Source: an uncultured bacterium
GTDB lineage: Bacteria; Hydrogenedentota; Hydrogenedentia; Hydrogenedentales; CAITNO01
Direction of reading: 5' to 3'
NCBI GenBank assembly: GCA_937923585.1
Contig: CALDSM010000905.1
Coordinates: 1-54,191 of the forward strand
DNA length: 54,191 bases
The notes under the pieces were generated by a model, which had not been told where the DNA came from, made no database searches, and saw only the letters and a list, made by a program, of their open reading frames with translations. Position 1 is the stretch's first letter; every line of letters starts with the position of its first letter. A program made the position numbers and the translations under genes. Shown here piece after piece: positions 26,303 to 36,390 of the stretch.

Positions 26303-27877
26303 ATGAGTGACGTGGTTCGCAATTTTTCCTGGGGCGGCAACCTGCGCAAGCGGCGCCGCGACCTGCGCAGGCGCGCCGCCGGGCGCATCGGGCGGAGCGT
26401 GCTGTTTCTGGTGCTTGTGGCGGCGTTTGCGGCGCTCTGGCTGAGCCGCGACAATTACGAGATGGGCGCGCTCATCCCAAAGGACCGCCCCTTCCAGGCC
26501 TGCGTGGTGGACGTGATGCGCAAGCAGGAAATGCTCGGCTCGTCGCGCCTGTGGGAGCTGCTGCCCGCGGGCGACACCACCCGCGACGGATTCGCCAAAC
26601 TCTCCGCCGACCCGCCGCTGCCCAAATGGCTGCTCAACAACATCAGCACGGGTATCAGCCACTGGTCCGGCTCGCGCCCCGACGACTTCAGCGACCTGCT
26701 CGTCGTCACCCGCATGACCCGCATCGGCTGCCTGGCCGAACAGATCATCCATTGGCTGCCCGGCATCGAATCGGACAACGCGGGCGGCCTGCATCTGCGC
26801 CATGTGCCCGGGGCGTCACTCTATTACGCCGTGCGCGGGCGCGTGCTGCTGGCCAGCCCGTCGCGCCGCACCCTGGCCCATGCGCTCACACTGGACGCCG
26901 AAGAGGCCGTGGGCCGGGCCGCCGTGGCTGAATGGTCCAAGGCCGCCGCGGGCGCGGATCTCTACGGCCGGATAGATCCCGCCGCCGTGCCCGAACTGAA
27001 GGGAGCCTTTGATGCGGTGCAGTTCTCCCTGTGGCTGGAGCCGACCGCCGTTCGCGCGTCAGTGAAGGCGCTGGTCGGTGATGTGTGGAGGCAGCGCTTT
27101 GCCGGGTTGCTGGAGGGCGCCGCCCCGCGCGACCTCAGGGCCGCGCCCGACGGCTGCGTCATGCTCTCCGCCGACTTCGGCAAGCCCGTGGGCGAGGCGC
27201 TGACGCAACTGGCAAAGGCCTTCGGAAAGGAAGAACTGGCCGCCGCGTGGCTCGCCTCCGACGCGCCGCCGGTCCCCGCCGAATTCGCACCCGCGGCCGC
27301 CCTGGTGCAGGGCGTGGTGCGCGGTGCGGGCAGCGGCCTGCGCCTGTCCTGGACCGGCATTGATGTCAGCGACATGGCGCCTGTGCCGATTCTGGCCGGC
27401 TCGGTGGACGGCGGCGTGGTGGCATTGGCCCCGCTGATTCTGGCCCCCCCGGCCGTGCCCGCTGAAATACCCACCGTGGATGCCCTTCCGAGAGTGGACG
27501 CGGAAAAGAAACTGGTCTGGTTGCCGCTCGTCGGTGGTCCGTCCATGAAACCCAGTTTCGCCGTTCAGAATGACAGCGTGCTCTTCAGCACCAGCCTCAC
27601 CACGGCCACCGAAATGGCCGCAGCGCCGCCTGCCGCGAATCTGGAGACCAAAGGCAACCTGTACCTCTGCGTGCGGCCCAAGCCCGCCGTCCAGGCCGTC
27701 ACGGACATGGGCAGGGAACTGGCCCAGTACCACCTCATGCGGGGATACACCGCGGAAAGTTTCGTGCAGGCAGCCCAGCCCTATCTGGACAATGCCGGCC
27801 GCGTCAAGGAACTGAGCCTGCTGGCTGCCTGCGAAAACGGCGAACTGCGCGCCGACGCGAAGCTCACACTGCCGTAA
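26303..27877 (+). CDS. Hypothetical membrane-anchored protein (Arg-rich N-terminus, one TM, large extracytoplasmic domain)
   Basis: Starts 6 nt after the upstream stop, with AAGGAG overlapping the upstream gene end. N-terminus KRRRDLRRRAAGRIGRSVLFLVLVAAFAALWL. No recognisable family. Confidence 0.5.
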   Translation: MSDVVRNFSWGGNLRKRRRDLRRRAAGRIGRSVLFLVLVAAFAALWLSRDNYEMGALIPKDRPFQACVVDVMRKQEMLGSSRLWELLPAGDTTRDGFAKLSADPPLPKWLLNNISTGISHWSGSRPDDFSDLLVVTRMTRIGCLAEQIIHWLPGIESDNAGGLHLRHVPGASLYYAVRGRVLLASPSRRTLAHALTLDAEEAVGRAAVAEWSKAAAGADLYGRIDPAAVPELKGAFDAVQFSLWLEPTAVRASVKALVGDVWRQRFAGLLEGAAPRDLRAAPDGCVMLSADFGKPVGEALTQLAKAFGKEELAAAWLASDAPPVPAEFAPAAALVQGVVRGAGSGLRLSWTGIDVSDMAPVPILAGSVDGGVVALAPLILAPPAVPAEIPTVDALPRVDAEKKLVWLPLVGGPSMKPSFAVQNDSVLFSTSLTTATEMAAAPPAANLETKGNLYLCVRPKPAVQAVTDMGRELAQYHLMRGYTAESFVQAAQPYLDNAGRVKELSLLAACENGELRADAKLTLP

Positions 27878-28092
27878 TCAGCGCAAGTCACCTCGTCATT
27901 GCGGGCCTCAGACCGCCTGTGGCGGCGATTCATATAAGAAAGGAATCGGCCGTCAACATTGCGGCGGAAGTATGCCGGTTCCATCAGCCGGCTTCGGCGG
28001 GCTAACAAGACAACGCACGGAGACCCTTGAGATTTGTGTGCGTCAGAAACAGCCTGAGTTCACACTTTCTTGGCAGCCTCAACTGCCGACGG

Positions 28093-29463
28093 TCAACTCT
28101 TCCCGTCTTCCTTGTTGCTCTCGTGCAATCCCAGCGTGATCGCCGCTATTCGCCCCAGCGTACGCGTCAGCGCAAGCGGATGCAGCACCGACCCCACCGT
28201 CGGCCGGACCCGCTCCCTGCCGGGCACCACATAGAGGCACAGCAGCGCGCCCGAGAAGCAGATGACCGCCGCAATCGTGAAGCAGGCCCGGAACCCCGGC
28301 AGGGCGAAATGCTCAATGAGCGCGCCCGCCAGCAGCGGCGTGAAGCCGTAGGCCATGGAGGTGCTGACCGTCCACGCGGCCGTGTAGCCGATGCGCCGGT
28401 CTTCCGGCGTCTGGTTGAGCATGGTCCGGTTCACCGCGACCATGAACGCGCCGCAGAACACCGCCGCCAGCGTCATCGCCGCGCCCGCGCCCACGGCGCG
28501 CCACGGCCCGTCCAGCGGCAGCGCCAGCATGAGCAGCGCCGCGAGTCCGTGTCCCGCGAGCGACTTGAACATGGCGCGCCCGCTGCCGCTGTGCTCGGCG
28601 AAGCGGCCCCAGGGGGCGATGGTCAGCAGCACGCCCACGCTGGCCGCCGCGCAGACGGCCATGTTCGTGCTGTCGTGAATCCGGAGCGCGTCGCGCATGT
28701 ACATCACCGCCGCGGAGCCGAACCAGGACATGCCCGAAATGCAGAAGGTGGCGGCGAGCATGAAACGCAGGAAGGACCGGTCGCGAAACGCGGTCAGGTA
28801 GCCGCGCACCTCGTCCGCAAAGGAGGGCCGGTGGGTAAAGGGCGCGCCGCCCTGGATGCGCCGCAGCGTCGTCAGGCTGAGGAACCCCATGCCGATGCCG
28901 ATGCCGTAGATGATCAGGAAGCGCGTGACGCTGGGGTTGTGGCCCGCGAGCAGCCACGCCTGCACGAACATGACGGCGATGTTGATCACCTGCGTCACCG
29001 CCGTTTCGGTGCTGAAATAAACGGAGCGCCGGTCCTCCGGCACGATCTCATGCAGCCAGGGCAGCCATCCCCCGGCGCCCACGGCGCGCATGACGCAGAA
29101 TCCCAGGATGGCGACCGTCAGCACCGTCCACGCAAGGCGCCGGTCGCCGCTGCGCAGCGCAAACGGCATGAGAAACACGATGCAGCAGATCAGGTTGCGC
29201 AGGAACCATCCCCAGAGCATGAGCCGCTTCGGCCCGAACCGCGTCACCATCGGCATGGTGACCAGCATCAGAAGCTGCGCAAAGGGCATGATCGAAATCA
29301 GCAGGCCGACCTGGAACTCGGGCATGTCAATCTTGCGCGCAAAAAGCACCATCGCCGGGCCGACGATGTTCTGCCACGACACCACGTTCACCGCGACGAA
29401 GAAGAGGAAGCGCCGCGGTGCGGGTTCAAGGGTGCGAAAACCGGATATGACTGGGGCTTGCAT
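28093..29463 (-). CDS. MFS transporter
   Basis: 456 aa with about 12 predicted hydrophobic helices and an MFS-like loop after TM2 (LFARKIDMPEF). Typical length. Confidence 0.8.
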   Translation of the reverse strand: MQAPVISGFRTLEPAPRRFLFFVAVNVVSWQNIVGPAMVLFARKIDMPEFQVGLLISIMPFAQLLMLVTMPMVTRFGPKRLMLWGWFLRNLICCIVFLMPFALRSGDRRLAWTVLTVAILGFCVMRAVGAGGWLPWLHEIVPEDRRSVYFSTETAVTQVINIAVMFVQAWLLAGHNPSVTRFLIIYGIGIGMGFLSLTTLRRIQGGAPFTHRPSFADEVRGYLTAFRDRSFLRFMLAATFCISGMSWFGSAAVMYMRDALRIHDSTNMAVCAAASVGVLLTIAPWGRFAEHSGSGRAMFKSLAGHGLAALLMLALPLDGPWRAVGAGAAMTLAAVFCGAFMVAVNRTMLNQTPEDRRIGYTAAWTVSTSMAYGFTPLLAGALIEHFALPGFRACFTIAAVICFSGALLCLYVVPGRERVRPTVGSVLHPLALTRTLGRIAAITLGLHESNKEDGKS

Positions 29464-29517
29464 GAAAAGACGGGTTCCAGGGGGTCTGGCCGGGGCCTGC
29501 GCGCCCGGCGGGAAGGG

Positions 29518-30282
29518 TCAGACTTCGATGTCCGCCACGGAGTCGAGCACCCGCGTGGGCTGGTAGGGGTAGCGGTCCATGTGCTCGCGGGTGGTCACGC
29601 CGGTGAGCACGAGAATGGTCTCCATGCCGGCCTGCATGCCCGCGATCACGTCCGTGTCCATGCGGTCGCCCACCATGATCGTGTTCTGCGAATGCACGCC
29701 CAGGTGGTTCATGGCGCTGCGCATCATCAGCGGCGCGGGCTTGCCGATGTACAGCGGCCTGCGCCCCGTGGTCTTCTCGATCAGCGCGGCCATCGCGCCG
29801 CAGGCCGGCACAATGCCGTCCTCCGTCGGCCCCGAGGCGTCCGGGTTGGTGGCGATGAACCGCGCGCCCGCCGCCACCAGGCGCACCGCCTTGGTGATGT
29901 TCTCGAAGTTGTAGCCGTTGGTTTCGCCCAGCACCACGTAGTCCGGGTGGTGGTCGGTGATGATGTAGCCGATCTCGTGCAGCGCGCTCGTCAGCCCGCT
30001 CTCGCCGATGACAAAGGCCGTCCCGTGCGGGTGCTGCCAGTGCAGAAACTGCGCCGTGGCCATGGCCGACGTGAAGATGTTCTCCGGCTGAATGTCAAGA
30101 CTGGTCATGCGCAGCCGGTGCGCCAGGTCGGCCGGCGTGAAAATGGGGTTGTTGGTCACCACCAGAAACTTCGCGCCGCGCGCGCGGAGCCGGTCTATGA
30201 AATCCTGCGCGCCGGGAATGGCGGTGCGCCCGCGCACCAGCACCCCGTCCATGTCTATAAGGTAGTTCTTCGGTTCACTCAT
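29518..30282 (-). CDS. HAD-IIA family hydrolase (NagD / phosphoglycolate-phosphatase-like)
   Basis: Nucleophile motif DMDGVL, plus VTNN and GDRMDTDV (motif IV). 254 aa. Confidence 0.85.
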   Translation of the reverse strand: MSEPKNYLIDMDGVLVRGRTAIPGAQDFIDRLRARGAKFLVVTNNPIFTPADLAHRLRMTSLDIQPENIFTSAMATAQFLHWQHPHGTAFVIGESGLTSALHEIGYIITDHHPDYVVLGETNGYNFENITKAVRLVAAGARFIATNPDASGPTEDGIVPACGAMAALIEKTTGRRPLYIGKPAPLMMRSAMNHLGVHSQNTIMVGDRMDTDVIAGMQAGMETILVLTGVTTREHMDRYPYQPTRVLDSVADIEV

Positions 30283-30311
30283 GAGGTTGTCTTTCTGATT
30301 GGCCCCCGGAT

Positions 30312-31358
30312 TCAGGCCTGCGGCCCGGGCGCAAGCACCTGCCTGAACGCCTCCACGGCCCGGTGCAGCCCGGCGTCGTCAATGTCGCGGTGAAACACGG
30401 CGCGGATGCGGTCCGCGCCCGCGGCCATGGCGAGCACGCCGCGCACCGACAGTTCATCTATCTTCCCAACGGGATGTTTGGTTTCAATGAAGAGAATGTT
30501 TGTCGGCGAGGGCAGTGCGAACCGCACGCCTTCGGCCTCCAAAGCGCGCCGGAACTCGCGCGCGCGCCGGTGGTCCTCCTCCAGGTCCTGCACGTGGTGT
30601 TCCAGTGCGTAAAGCCCCGCCGCGGCCAGCACGCCCGACTGGCGCATGCCGCCGCCAAGCATCTTGCGGAAACGCAGCGCCCGCGCGACGGTTTCGCGGT
30701 CGCCCGTGAGCACCGACCCGGCCGGCGCACCCAGCCCCTTCGACAGGCAGAAACTTACCGTGTCACAGCAGCGTGTGTAGAATTCCGGCTCGATATTCGA
30801 CGCCGCGCAGGCGTTGAACAGCCGCGCACCGTCACAGTGCAGCCGCAGGCCGCGGTCGCGGCACAGTTGCGCGACGGACTCCATCTCGTAGTATTCCCAA
30901 TAGGCGCCGCCGCCCCGGTTCGTGGTGTTCTCCAGCGCGACCAGCGTGGTCCGCGAATAGTGCGGATCGTCGGTTTGCACTATTTGCGCGGCCACCTGTT
31001 CCGCCGTCATCTTGCCCAGCGGGTCGGCGACGGTCCGCGTCATCAGCCCGGCCACCATGGCCAAATTGCCGCCTTCATAGTTGAACGGATGGGACGACTC
31101 GCTCAGGATAACCGAGTCCCCCGGACGGGTCTGCGACAGAAAGGCCACCAGGTTGGCCATCGTGCCCGACGGCAGAAAGAGCGCCGCCTCTTTGCCCAGC
31201 AATGCGGCGGCATGGTCCTGCAGGCGGCGCACCGTCGGGTCGTCGCCAAACACGTCGTCGCCGACCTCGGCCTCGGCCATGGCCCGGCGCATGCCCGGGC
31301 ACGGCTTGGTGACCGTGTCGCTGCGAAGATCCACGATTTCCTGCATTGGTGCCTCCAT
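30312..31358 (-). CDS. ltaE: Low-specificity L-threonine aldolase
   Basis: [20 protein letters not shown] and CLSKGLGAP (PLP-binding Lys). The true start may be the ATG at 31346 (MQEIVDL). Confidence 0.88.
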   Translation of the reverse strand: MEAPMQEIVDLRSDTVTKPCPGMRRAMAEAEVGDDVFGDDPTVRRLQDHAAALLGKEAALFLPSGTMANLVAFLSQTRPGDSVILSESSHPFNYEGGNLAMVAGLMTRTVADPLGKMTAEQVAAQIVQTDDPHYSRTTLVALENTTNRGGGAYWEYYEMESVAQLCRDRGLRLHCDGARLFNACAASNIEPEFYTRCCDTVSFCLSKGLGAPAGSVLTGDRETVARALRFRKMLGGGMRQSGVLAAAGLYALEHHVQDLEEDHRRAREFRRALEAEGVRFALPSPTNILFIETKHPVGKIDELSVRGVLAMAAGADRIRAVFHRDIDDAGLHRAVEAFRQVLAPGPQA

Positions 31359-31555
31359 GGCGGATACTTCGGAACACCCTTTCCCCGTCTATATTCTACA
31401 GGAATGCGGCATAAACGTGCCAGAAAGGCCGCCGGGACGGAGCGCGGGCGCCATTGCATCCCCGAAGAACAAGGCCCCCGTCCTTCCCTCAGTGGGAAGA
31501 ACGGGGGCCTGAAGACTTCGTCAGTGCGGCAGAAAAGGCCGCTGTCCTTTTTCGG

Positions 31556-32992
31556 CTATTCGATTACCTTGATGTAGTCCCGGTAGACTTCCGACACGTT
31601 GTCGCCGCCGTCGCGGTACTGGACGCGCACCGTCCGGTAGCCCAAACCTTCGGGCAGGACGTGGGTGCGGGTGGGAAGGGGCTGCTCCCACAGGGTCCAG
31701 TGCGCCCCGTCGTCGCTGAAGCGCATCCTTGCCACACCGCTGCCGCCCACGCTGTCCGCATAGGTCAGGTTCAGCGTCACCGTGTGCGACTTGGTGGTCA
31801 TCGCGCCGTTGTTGATGAGGATGCTTCCCGTGGGCGGATCCGTGTCCAGCCGGATGTAGTCGTTGTAAACCGCCGAGCGGTTGTTTGCCCGGTCCAAGAA
31901 CTGGACCCGGACCGTTCTGTGGCCCTGCGGGCCCGCCGGCAGCGTGTACGCGCGGGTCGCCGCAAGCGGCTCCCACAGGGTCCAATGCGCCCCGTCGTCG
32001 CTGAAGCGCATCCGCACCGCGCCGGAACCGGCGCCGTCATCCCAGGTCAGTGCAAGGGTGACGTTGTACGAATTCGTGGCGGAGCGGTTGTTGTTGATGA
32101 CGATCGTCCCCGTGGGCGGGGTCACGTCGCGCGTGAAGAGGGTGGCCGCAGGCCCCGCGGCGCTTTCATCGCCGTGGCAGTTGCGGGCAACCGCGCTGAA
32201 GTCATACGCCGTGCATTCATCCAGACCCGCAACGGTGACCGTGCCCCAGGCCTCTTTGGTCTGCCATGCCGGTTGCGCTGCAAACGTTCCGTCTGCCTGC
32301 ACCCACATGCCCGTGGCGGCGCAGAAGAGGGCGTATTCGACATTGGACCCGTTGCCGTCCGGCATGACCTTCACGTCCAGCGTGGAGACCGTGGCACTGG
32401 TCACCAGCGGCGCCACCGGAGTCGCGGGGACTGCCGGGGGAACCACCGTCAAGGTGGCCGTGCAGTTCGCGGCATGCCCTGCGGCGTCCCTGACCGTGAT
32501 GTTCACGGCGCTGCTTCCCATTCCAACGGGGGTGCCCGCCTCCGGGCTCTGCGTGATGACCAGGTCCTGCGCCGGAGTCACGTTGTCCGTGGCCGCAACG
32601 CCGGAAGTGAAGTCCGGCATCACTGCCGTGCAGGAGGCGTCAAGCATGATCGTCCGGTTTGCGGCGCATTGCGTGATTTTCGGAGCGCCGTTGTCCGCAA
32701 AGGTGGCCGTGATGGTCTTGTTGTCGGTCATGAAGACACACGCCGGATTGTCGTCGCCCGTGAGGTCCCCGGTCCAACCCGTGAAAGAGCATTCCGCTTT
32801 CGGTTCTGCCTCGATCCTGACCAGGTGGAGCCAGCAGTACTCTCCGGCACCCGACACCGTGCCCGCCCCCGGCGGCATCACATTGAAGGTTAGGGTATGC
32901 TTTCCAATGTCTGCGGAAGCGGCCCCTGCCGCCAAGACCAATGCAATGAACCCGATTGCCCCTTTGCATGATACACCTCTGCCCGTCGTCAT
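31556..32992 (-). CDS. Secreted multi-domain surface protein (InlB-B-like repeat, HYR-like, FN3-like, two tandem ~95-aa C-terminal repeats)
   Basis: Signal GAIGFIALVLAAGAASA. HTLTFNVMPPGAGTVSGAGEY...FTGWTGDL...ITATF is InlB-B-type. APKITQCAANRTIMLDASC...NCTATLTV is HYR-like. Two repeats contain the exact RMRFSDDGAHWTLWE. Confidence 0.7.
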   Translation of the reverse strand: MTTGRGVSCKGAIGFIALVLAAGAASADIGKHTLTFNVMPPGAGTVSGAGEYCWLHLVRIEAEPKAECSFTGWTGDLTGDDNPACVFMTDNKTITATFADNGAPKITQCAANRTIMLDASCTAVMPDFTSGVAATDNVTPAQDLVITQSPEAGTPVGMGSSAVNITVRDAAGHAANCTATLTVVPPAVPATPVAPLVTSATVSTLDVKVMPDGNGSNVEYALFCAATGMWVQADGTFAAQPAWQTKEAWGTVTVAGLDECTAYDFSAVARNCHGDESAAGPAATLFTRDVTPPTGTIVINNNRSATNSYNVTLALTWDDGAGSGAVRMRFSDDGAHWTLWEPLAATRAYTLPAGPQGHRTVRVQFLDRANNRSAVYNDYIRLDTDPPTGSILINNGAMTTKSHTVTLNLTYADSVGGSGVARMRFSDDGAHWTLWEQPLPTRTHVLPEGLGYRTVRVQYRDGGDNVSEVYRDYIKVIE

Positions 32993-33450
32993 TTTACAGA
33001 CCTCCTTTTCGTTGAAATTCCACGTCCTAGAACCTGCACCGGCTTGGCACCCATCTACGATTCGGAAGAGACATTTCCTGACCGGAAATTGCCCCGCGGC
33101 AGAGATCTGTCCCCGATCCGAATCGAAGCCCGTATGAGTTGCCCGCTACCGTTCAGCCGGATGAAGTTAGCACAACCGTATTCGTTTGTCAAATGCCCCG
33201 TTCTCTGTAAGTGTAATTGTTTCCACCAATTGCAGACCACGACAAGACACATGCCCCCCCGGTGCATGTCCGTGTTTCCGGTCATCCCGAACGGAATAGG
33301 ACACTGTGCGGTGCGGGACAAAGCGAAGGTTTCCGGGAAGGAACGCGGCGGGATTTGCCACCCTTGGGCGGTTGGGCCTTGATTGGTGCGCGGTTCCCGC
33401 ATTACACTAACGCTGTGCGCTGTAAACGCGGGCGCAAGACGGAGCAAGCG

Positions 33451-33867
33451 ATGAGTAGCAGTAAGGTTCATTGCCCCCATTGCAACCACTCCGCCGTGAC
33501 CGTGCCGGAGATGCCGGGCGATGTCATGGCGGTGGTGGCGTGCCAGTCCTGCGGACAGTGGTCCGTTTTTTTCCGCGGCCGCGCGGTGCCCATCCAGCGC
33601 GAGATTCTCGAAGGTGGCTCCATGGAGGATCGGCAGCGGCACCTGGCCGAGATCATCAGCCATTTCCTGGCCGCGGGCCTGTTTGCTCAGGAACTGAGCG
33701 GGTTCATGCAGGGCCTGTCCCCCGAGAACCTGCACTGGGACACCGTCCCCCACAACATCGCGCCCGACCTTTCCTCCCCCATCACCGATCAGGAGCGCGC
33801 GCAGTTCGCGGAAATTGACCTGCCCCTCCTTGACGATGCCCGGGCCTTTCGCCGCATTTTTGGCTGA
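33451..33867 (+). CDS. Zinc-ribbon hypothetical protein
   Basis: MSSSKVHCPHCNHSAVTVPEMPGDVMAVVACQSCGQW (CxxC...CxxC). Preferred over the antisense 33055..33927 ORF, which is Arg/Gly/His-rich and featureless. Confidence 0.5.
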   Translation: MSSSKVHCPHCNHSAVTVPEMPGDVMAVVACQSCGQWSVFFRGRAVPIQREILEGGSMEDRQRHLAEIISHFLAAGLFAQELSGFMQGLSPENLHWDTVPHNIAPDLSSPITDQERAQFAEIDLPLLDDARAFRRIFG

Positions 33868-33958
33868 GCCAATCGGCACCCCCGCGGGGTGTGTGAAGTG
33901 CGCGAAGCCCCGCGGAACACCCCGCATTCATTGGAAGCGTCCGTGCGCCCGGCAAGGG

Positions 33959-35344
33959 TCACCCCGTCCGCAGTTTGTCCAGCGGCAGCGAAATGAGCAC
34001 CTGGCACCCCTGGCCGGGAGTGCTGGTAAGCGTGATGTCCCCGCCGTGTTCTTCGACGATCCCGCGTGTGACGGACAGGCCCAGGCCCGTGCCGCCGGGC
34101 TTGGTCGTGTAATAGGGATCGAACACGCGGTCGAGCGCCTCGCGCGGCAGGCCGGGACCGTCGTCGCGGATTTCGATCTCGCAGGCACGGTCGGTGAGGC
34201 GGGAGAACACGCGCACGCGCCCGCCGGAGGGACAGGCCTCGAGCGCGTTGAGCAGCACGTTGAGCACGGCCCGGTTTATCTGCTTCGGATCGAGCATGAG
34301 CGGAGCGCCGCCCGCACGGTACTCGCTGATCAGGCGTATGCCGCGCTGCTCCGCCTCGCGCTGGAACAGCCGCACGCATTCCTGCAGCAGTTCGTCCACC
34401 TGGGTCGGTTCGGGGCGGATTTCGCTCTCCCGCGCCAGCGACAGGAAGCCCGACACAATCTCCTCCAGCCGCGCCACCTCGGTGCGGATGGTTTGCAGCG
34501 GCCGGGCCGCGGGCGCCTCGGCCCCGCCGTCCACCAGGTCAATGGCGTGGCTCGACAGCAGTTTGATCGCGTTGAGCGGATTGCGCACGTCGTGCGCCAC
34601 GCCCGCGGCAAGCGTGCCCAGCGCCGACAGCCGCTGCGCCTGGCGCAGCCGCGCCTCGACGGCCTCCTTCTCGCGCAGCGCGTCCACCATGCGGTTGAAC
34701 GTCGTTTCCAGCGCCAGTATTTCGCCCGACGCGCCGCGGGTGCCCACGTTTTCCAGGTGGCCGCCCGAGATGGCGGCGCAGCTTTCCGACAGCCGCCGCA
34801 GCGGGTGCAGCGCCTTCCAGATGACCCAGACCATCATGCCCAACGCCACCACAAACACGGCCAGCACGGCCAGCATGTACTTGTTCTGAAAGGCGCGCAG
34901 GATCTCTGTCTGCGGCACGATGGTCACCGTGGCGGTCATCATCACATGTCGCCCGTCATTCATCAGCGGCACCCGCGCCACCCGCACAAAGCTCCCGTCG
35001 GGCAGGTGCTCCAGGGTAAACGCCGCACCGCGTTTGCTGTCCGGTTCGTCCTCGATCTTGATGTCCACCCCCTTGTTCAGGTCCATCAGGTTGCTTTCAA
35101 GCGCGCGGTAGTCCCCCTCGAAGCCCTCCTGAAACCGCAGCTCCAGCGAGTGCGCAATCTCCGCCGAGCGGGCCTCCATCTCGGCCGACGCCTCCTGGAA
35201 GAAATGCCGGGTCACCGCCATCAGCGCGGCGAACAGGCAGACCAGCAGCACCGCGCACAGCACCACCACGCGGAAGAACAGCGTGCGGTACCACGGCACC
35301 GTGAAGGGCGGCGGGCTTGTGGGAATCTCCGTGACGGCGGTCAT
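33959..35344 (-). CDS. Sensor histidine kinase (two TM, HisKA + HATPase_c)
   Basis: H-box AAGVAHDVRNPLNAI, N-box VLLNALEA, and G-boxes DDGPGL and GGTGLGLSV. Two TM helices flank a ~130-aa periplasmic segment. Confidence 0.88.
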   Translation of the reverse strand: MTAVTEIPTSPPPFTVPWYRTLFFRVVVLCAVLLVCLFAALMAVTRHFFQEASAEMEARSAEIAHSLELRFQEGFEGDYRALESNLMDLNKGVDIKIEDEPDSKRGAAFTLEHLPDGSFVRVARVPLMNDGRHVMMTATVTIVPQTEILRAFQNKYMLAVLAVFVVALGMMVWVIWKALHPLRRLSESCAAISGGHLENVGTRGASGEILALETTFNRMVDALREKEAVEARLRQAQRLSALGTLAAGVAHDVRNPLNAIKLLSSHAIDLVDGGAEAPAARPLQTIRTEVARLEEIVSGFLSLARESEIRPEPTQVDELLQECVRLFQREAEQRGIRLISEYRAGGAPLMLDPKQINRAVLNVLLNALEACPSGGRVRVFSRLTDRACEIEIRDDGPGLPREALDRVFDPYYTTKPGGTGLGLSVTRGIVEEHGGDITLTSTPGQGCQVLISLPLDKLRTG

Positions 35345-35352
35345 CGGCGTTC

Positions 35353-36210
35353 CTAAAACGGCCGCGGAATCTGGCCGTTGAGCAGCTTCATCACTTCCTG
35401 GATGTCCTCCCAGGTCTTGGCCTTCTCGCCGGGACTGCGCAGCAGGTAGGCGGGATGGTAGGTGACGCGCAGCGGGATGTCATGGTAGTTGTGCCACCGG
35501 CCCCGCAGTTGCCCGACCAGCGCGCCCGTCCTGAGCAGCGTCTGCGCGGCGGTGGCGCCCAGCGCGCAGATGACCGTCGGCCTGATCAGCGCCAACTGCC
35601 GCACCAGGTACGGTTCGCAAAAGTCCACCTCGTCGGGATTGGGCCTGCGGTTGTCCGGCGGACGGCATTTCAGCACATTGCAGATAAACACGTCGGAACG
35701 CTTCAGCTTCATGCCCTTCTCGATGATGTCCGTCAGCAGTTGCCCCGCCCGGCCCACAAAAGGACGACCCTGACGGTCCTCATCGGCCCCGGGCGCCTCA
35801 CCCACAAACACCAGCCGCGCCTGCGGCGCGCCCTCGCCCGGCACCACCTTCGTGCGCTCCGCCGCCAGGCCGCACTTGCAGCAGGCACCCACCTCCCCGG
35901 CAATCCGTTCCAGGCTGTCCGACGGGTCGCCCGGCTGGAGCTCGGGCGCAGCCGGCATGACCGGCGCGGAGAACAGCCTTGCCCGGTAAGATTCCGCGGA
36001 CTCCTTCACCGACGCAGCCGGCGCGATGGGTGGGGGGGGCGCGGCGGGCGCGGGCACCGTGTCAAACAGGTCCTTCGGGGCGCCGACCCGGCCCAGCGTT
36101 GCAGCCACCTCTTTGGACAGGACCACCTTGGGCGGCTTGCCTTTGGCCTCACGGCGCACCAGTTCGCGGACCTCGTCCACAACTTCACGATATAGGTCAC
36201 GTTCGCTCAT
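35353..36210 (-). CDS. Family-4 uracil-DNA glycosylase with Pro/Ala-rich N-terminal extension
   Basis: CCKCGL Cys cluster, GEAPGADEDRQGRPFVGRAG (motif A), FICNVLKCRPP and YHPAYLLR (motif B). Start set at the ATG at 36210 (MSERDLY). Confidence 0.85.
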   Translation of the reverse strand: MSERDLYREVVDEVRELVRREAKGKPPKVVLSKEVAATLGRVGAPKDLFDTVPAPAAPPPPIAPAASVKESAESYRARLFSAPVMPAAPELQPGDPSDSLERIAGEVGACCKCGLAAERTKVVPGEGAPQARLVFVGEAPGADEDRQGRPFVGRAGQLLTDIIEKGMKLKRSDVFICNVLKCRPPDNRRPNPDEVDFCEPYLVRQLALIRPTVICALGATAAQTLLRTGALVGQLRGRWHNYHDIPLRVTYHPAYLLRSPGEKAKTWEDIQEVMKLLNGQIPRPF

Positions 36211-36390
36211 GGGATGCACTCCAAGACCAGATGATAGCATGGGGCGGGGTGCACCCGGAACAAGACGGGGCGCGGCGGGCGCGGGCAACCCGATTCCGAA
36301 CGGGAATACTGCGGGAAACCCGCATTCGTGTCATAATGTACGCTGTGTCCAAGAGGAACCGTGCCGCCTTCCGACATTGGAGTGACTGTC

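Noticed and set aside
23867-26803. 978-aa ORF antisense to the ceramidase-C45 fusion gene
   Set aside because: Same reasoning: low-complexity Arg/Gly/His-rich sequence overlapping a CDS with clear family motifs on the other strand.
28027-30393. 788-aa plus-strand ORF covering the MFS and HAD genes
   Set aside because: Antisense to two well-supported minus-strand genes. Extremely Arg/His-rich with no domain signatures.
33045-33060. TGGCAC motif suggesting a sigma-54 promoter
   Set aside because: The -12 element is absent (TACGA instead of TTGC at the correct spacing), and no suitably oriented gene follows closely.
33055-33927. 290-aa minus-strand ORF overlapping the zinc-ribbon gene
   Set aside because: Featureless Gly/Arg/His-rich sequence. 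The plus-strand ORF has a CxxC...CxxC zinc ribbon and a plausible start, although neither is strongly supported.
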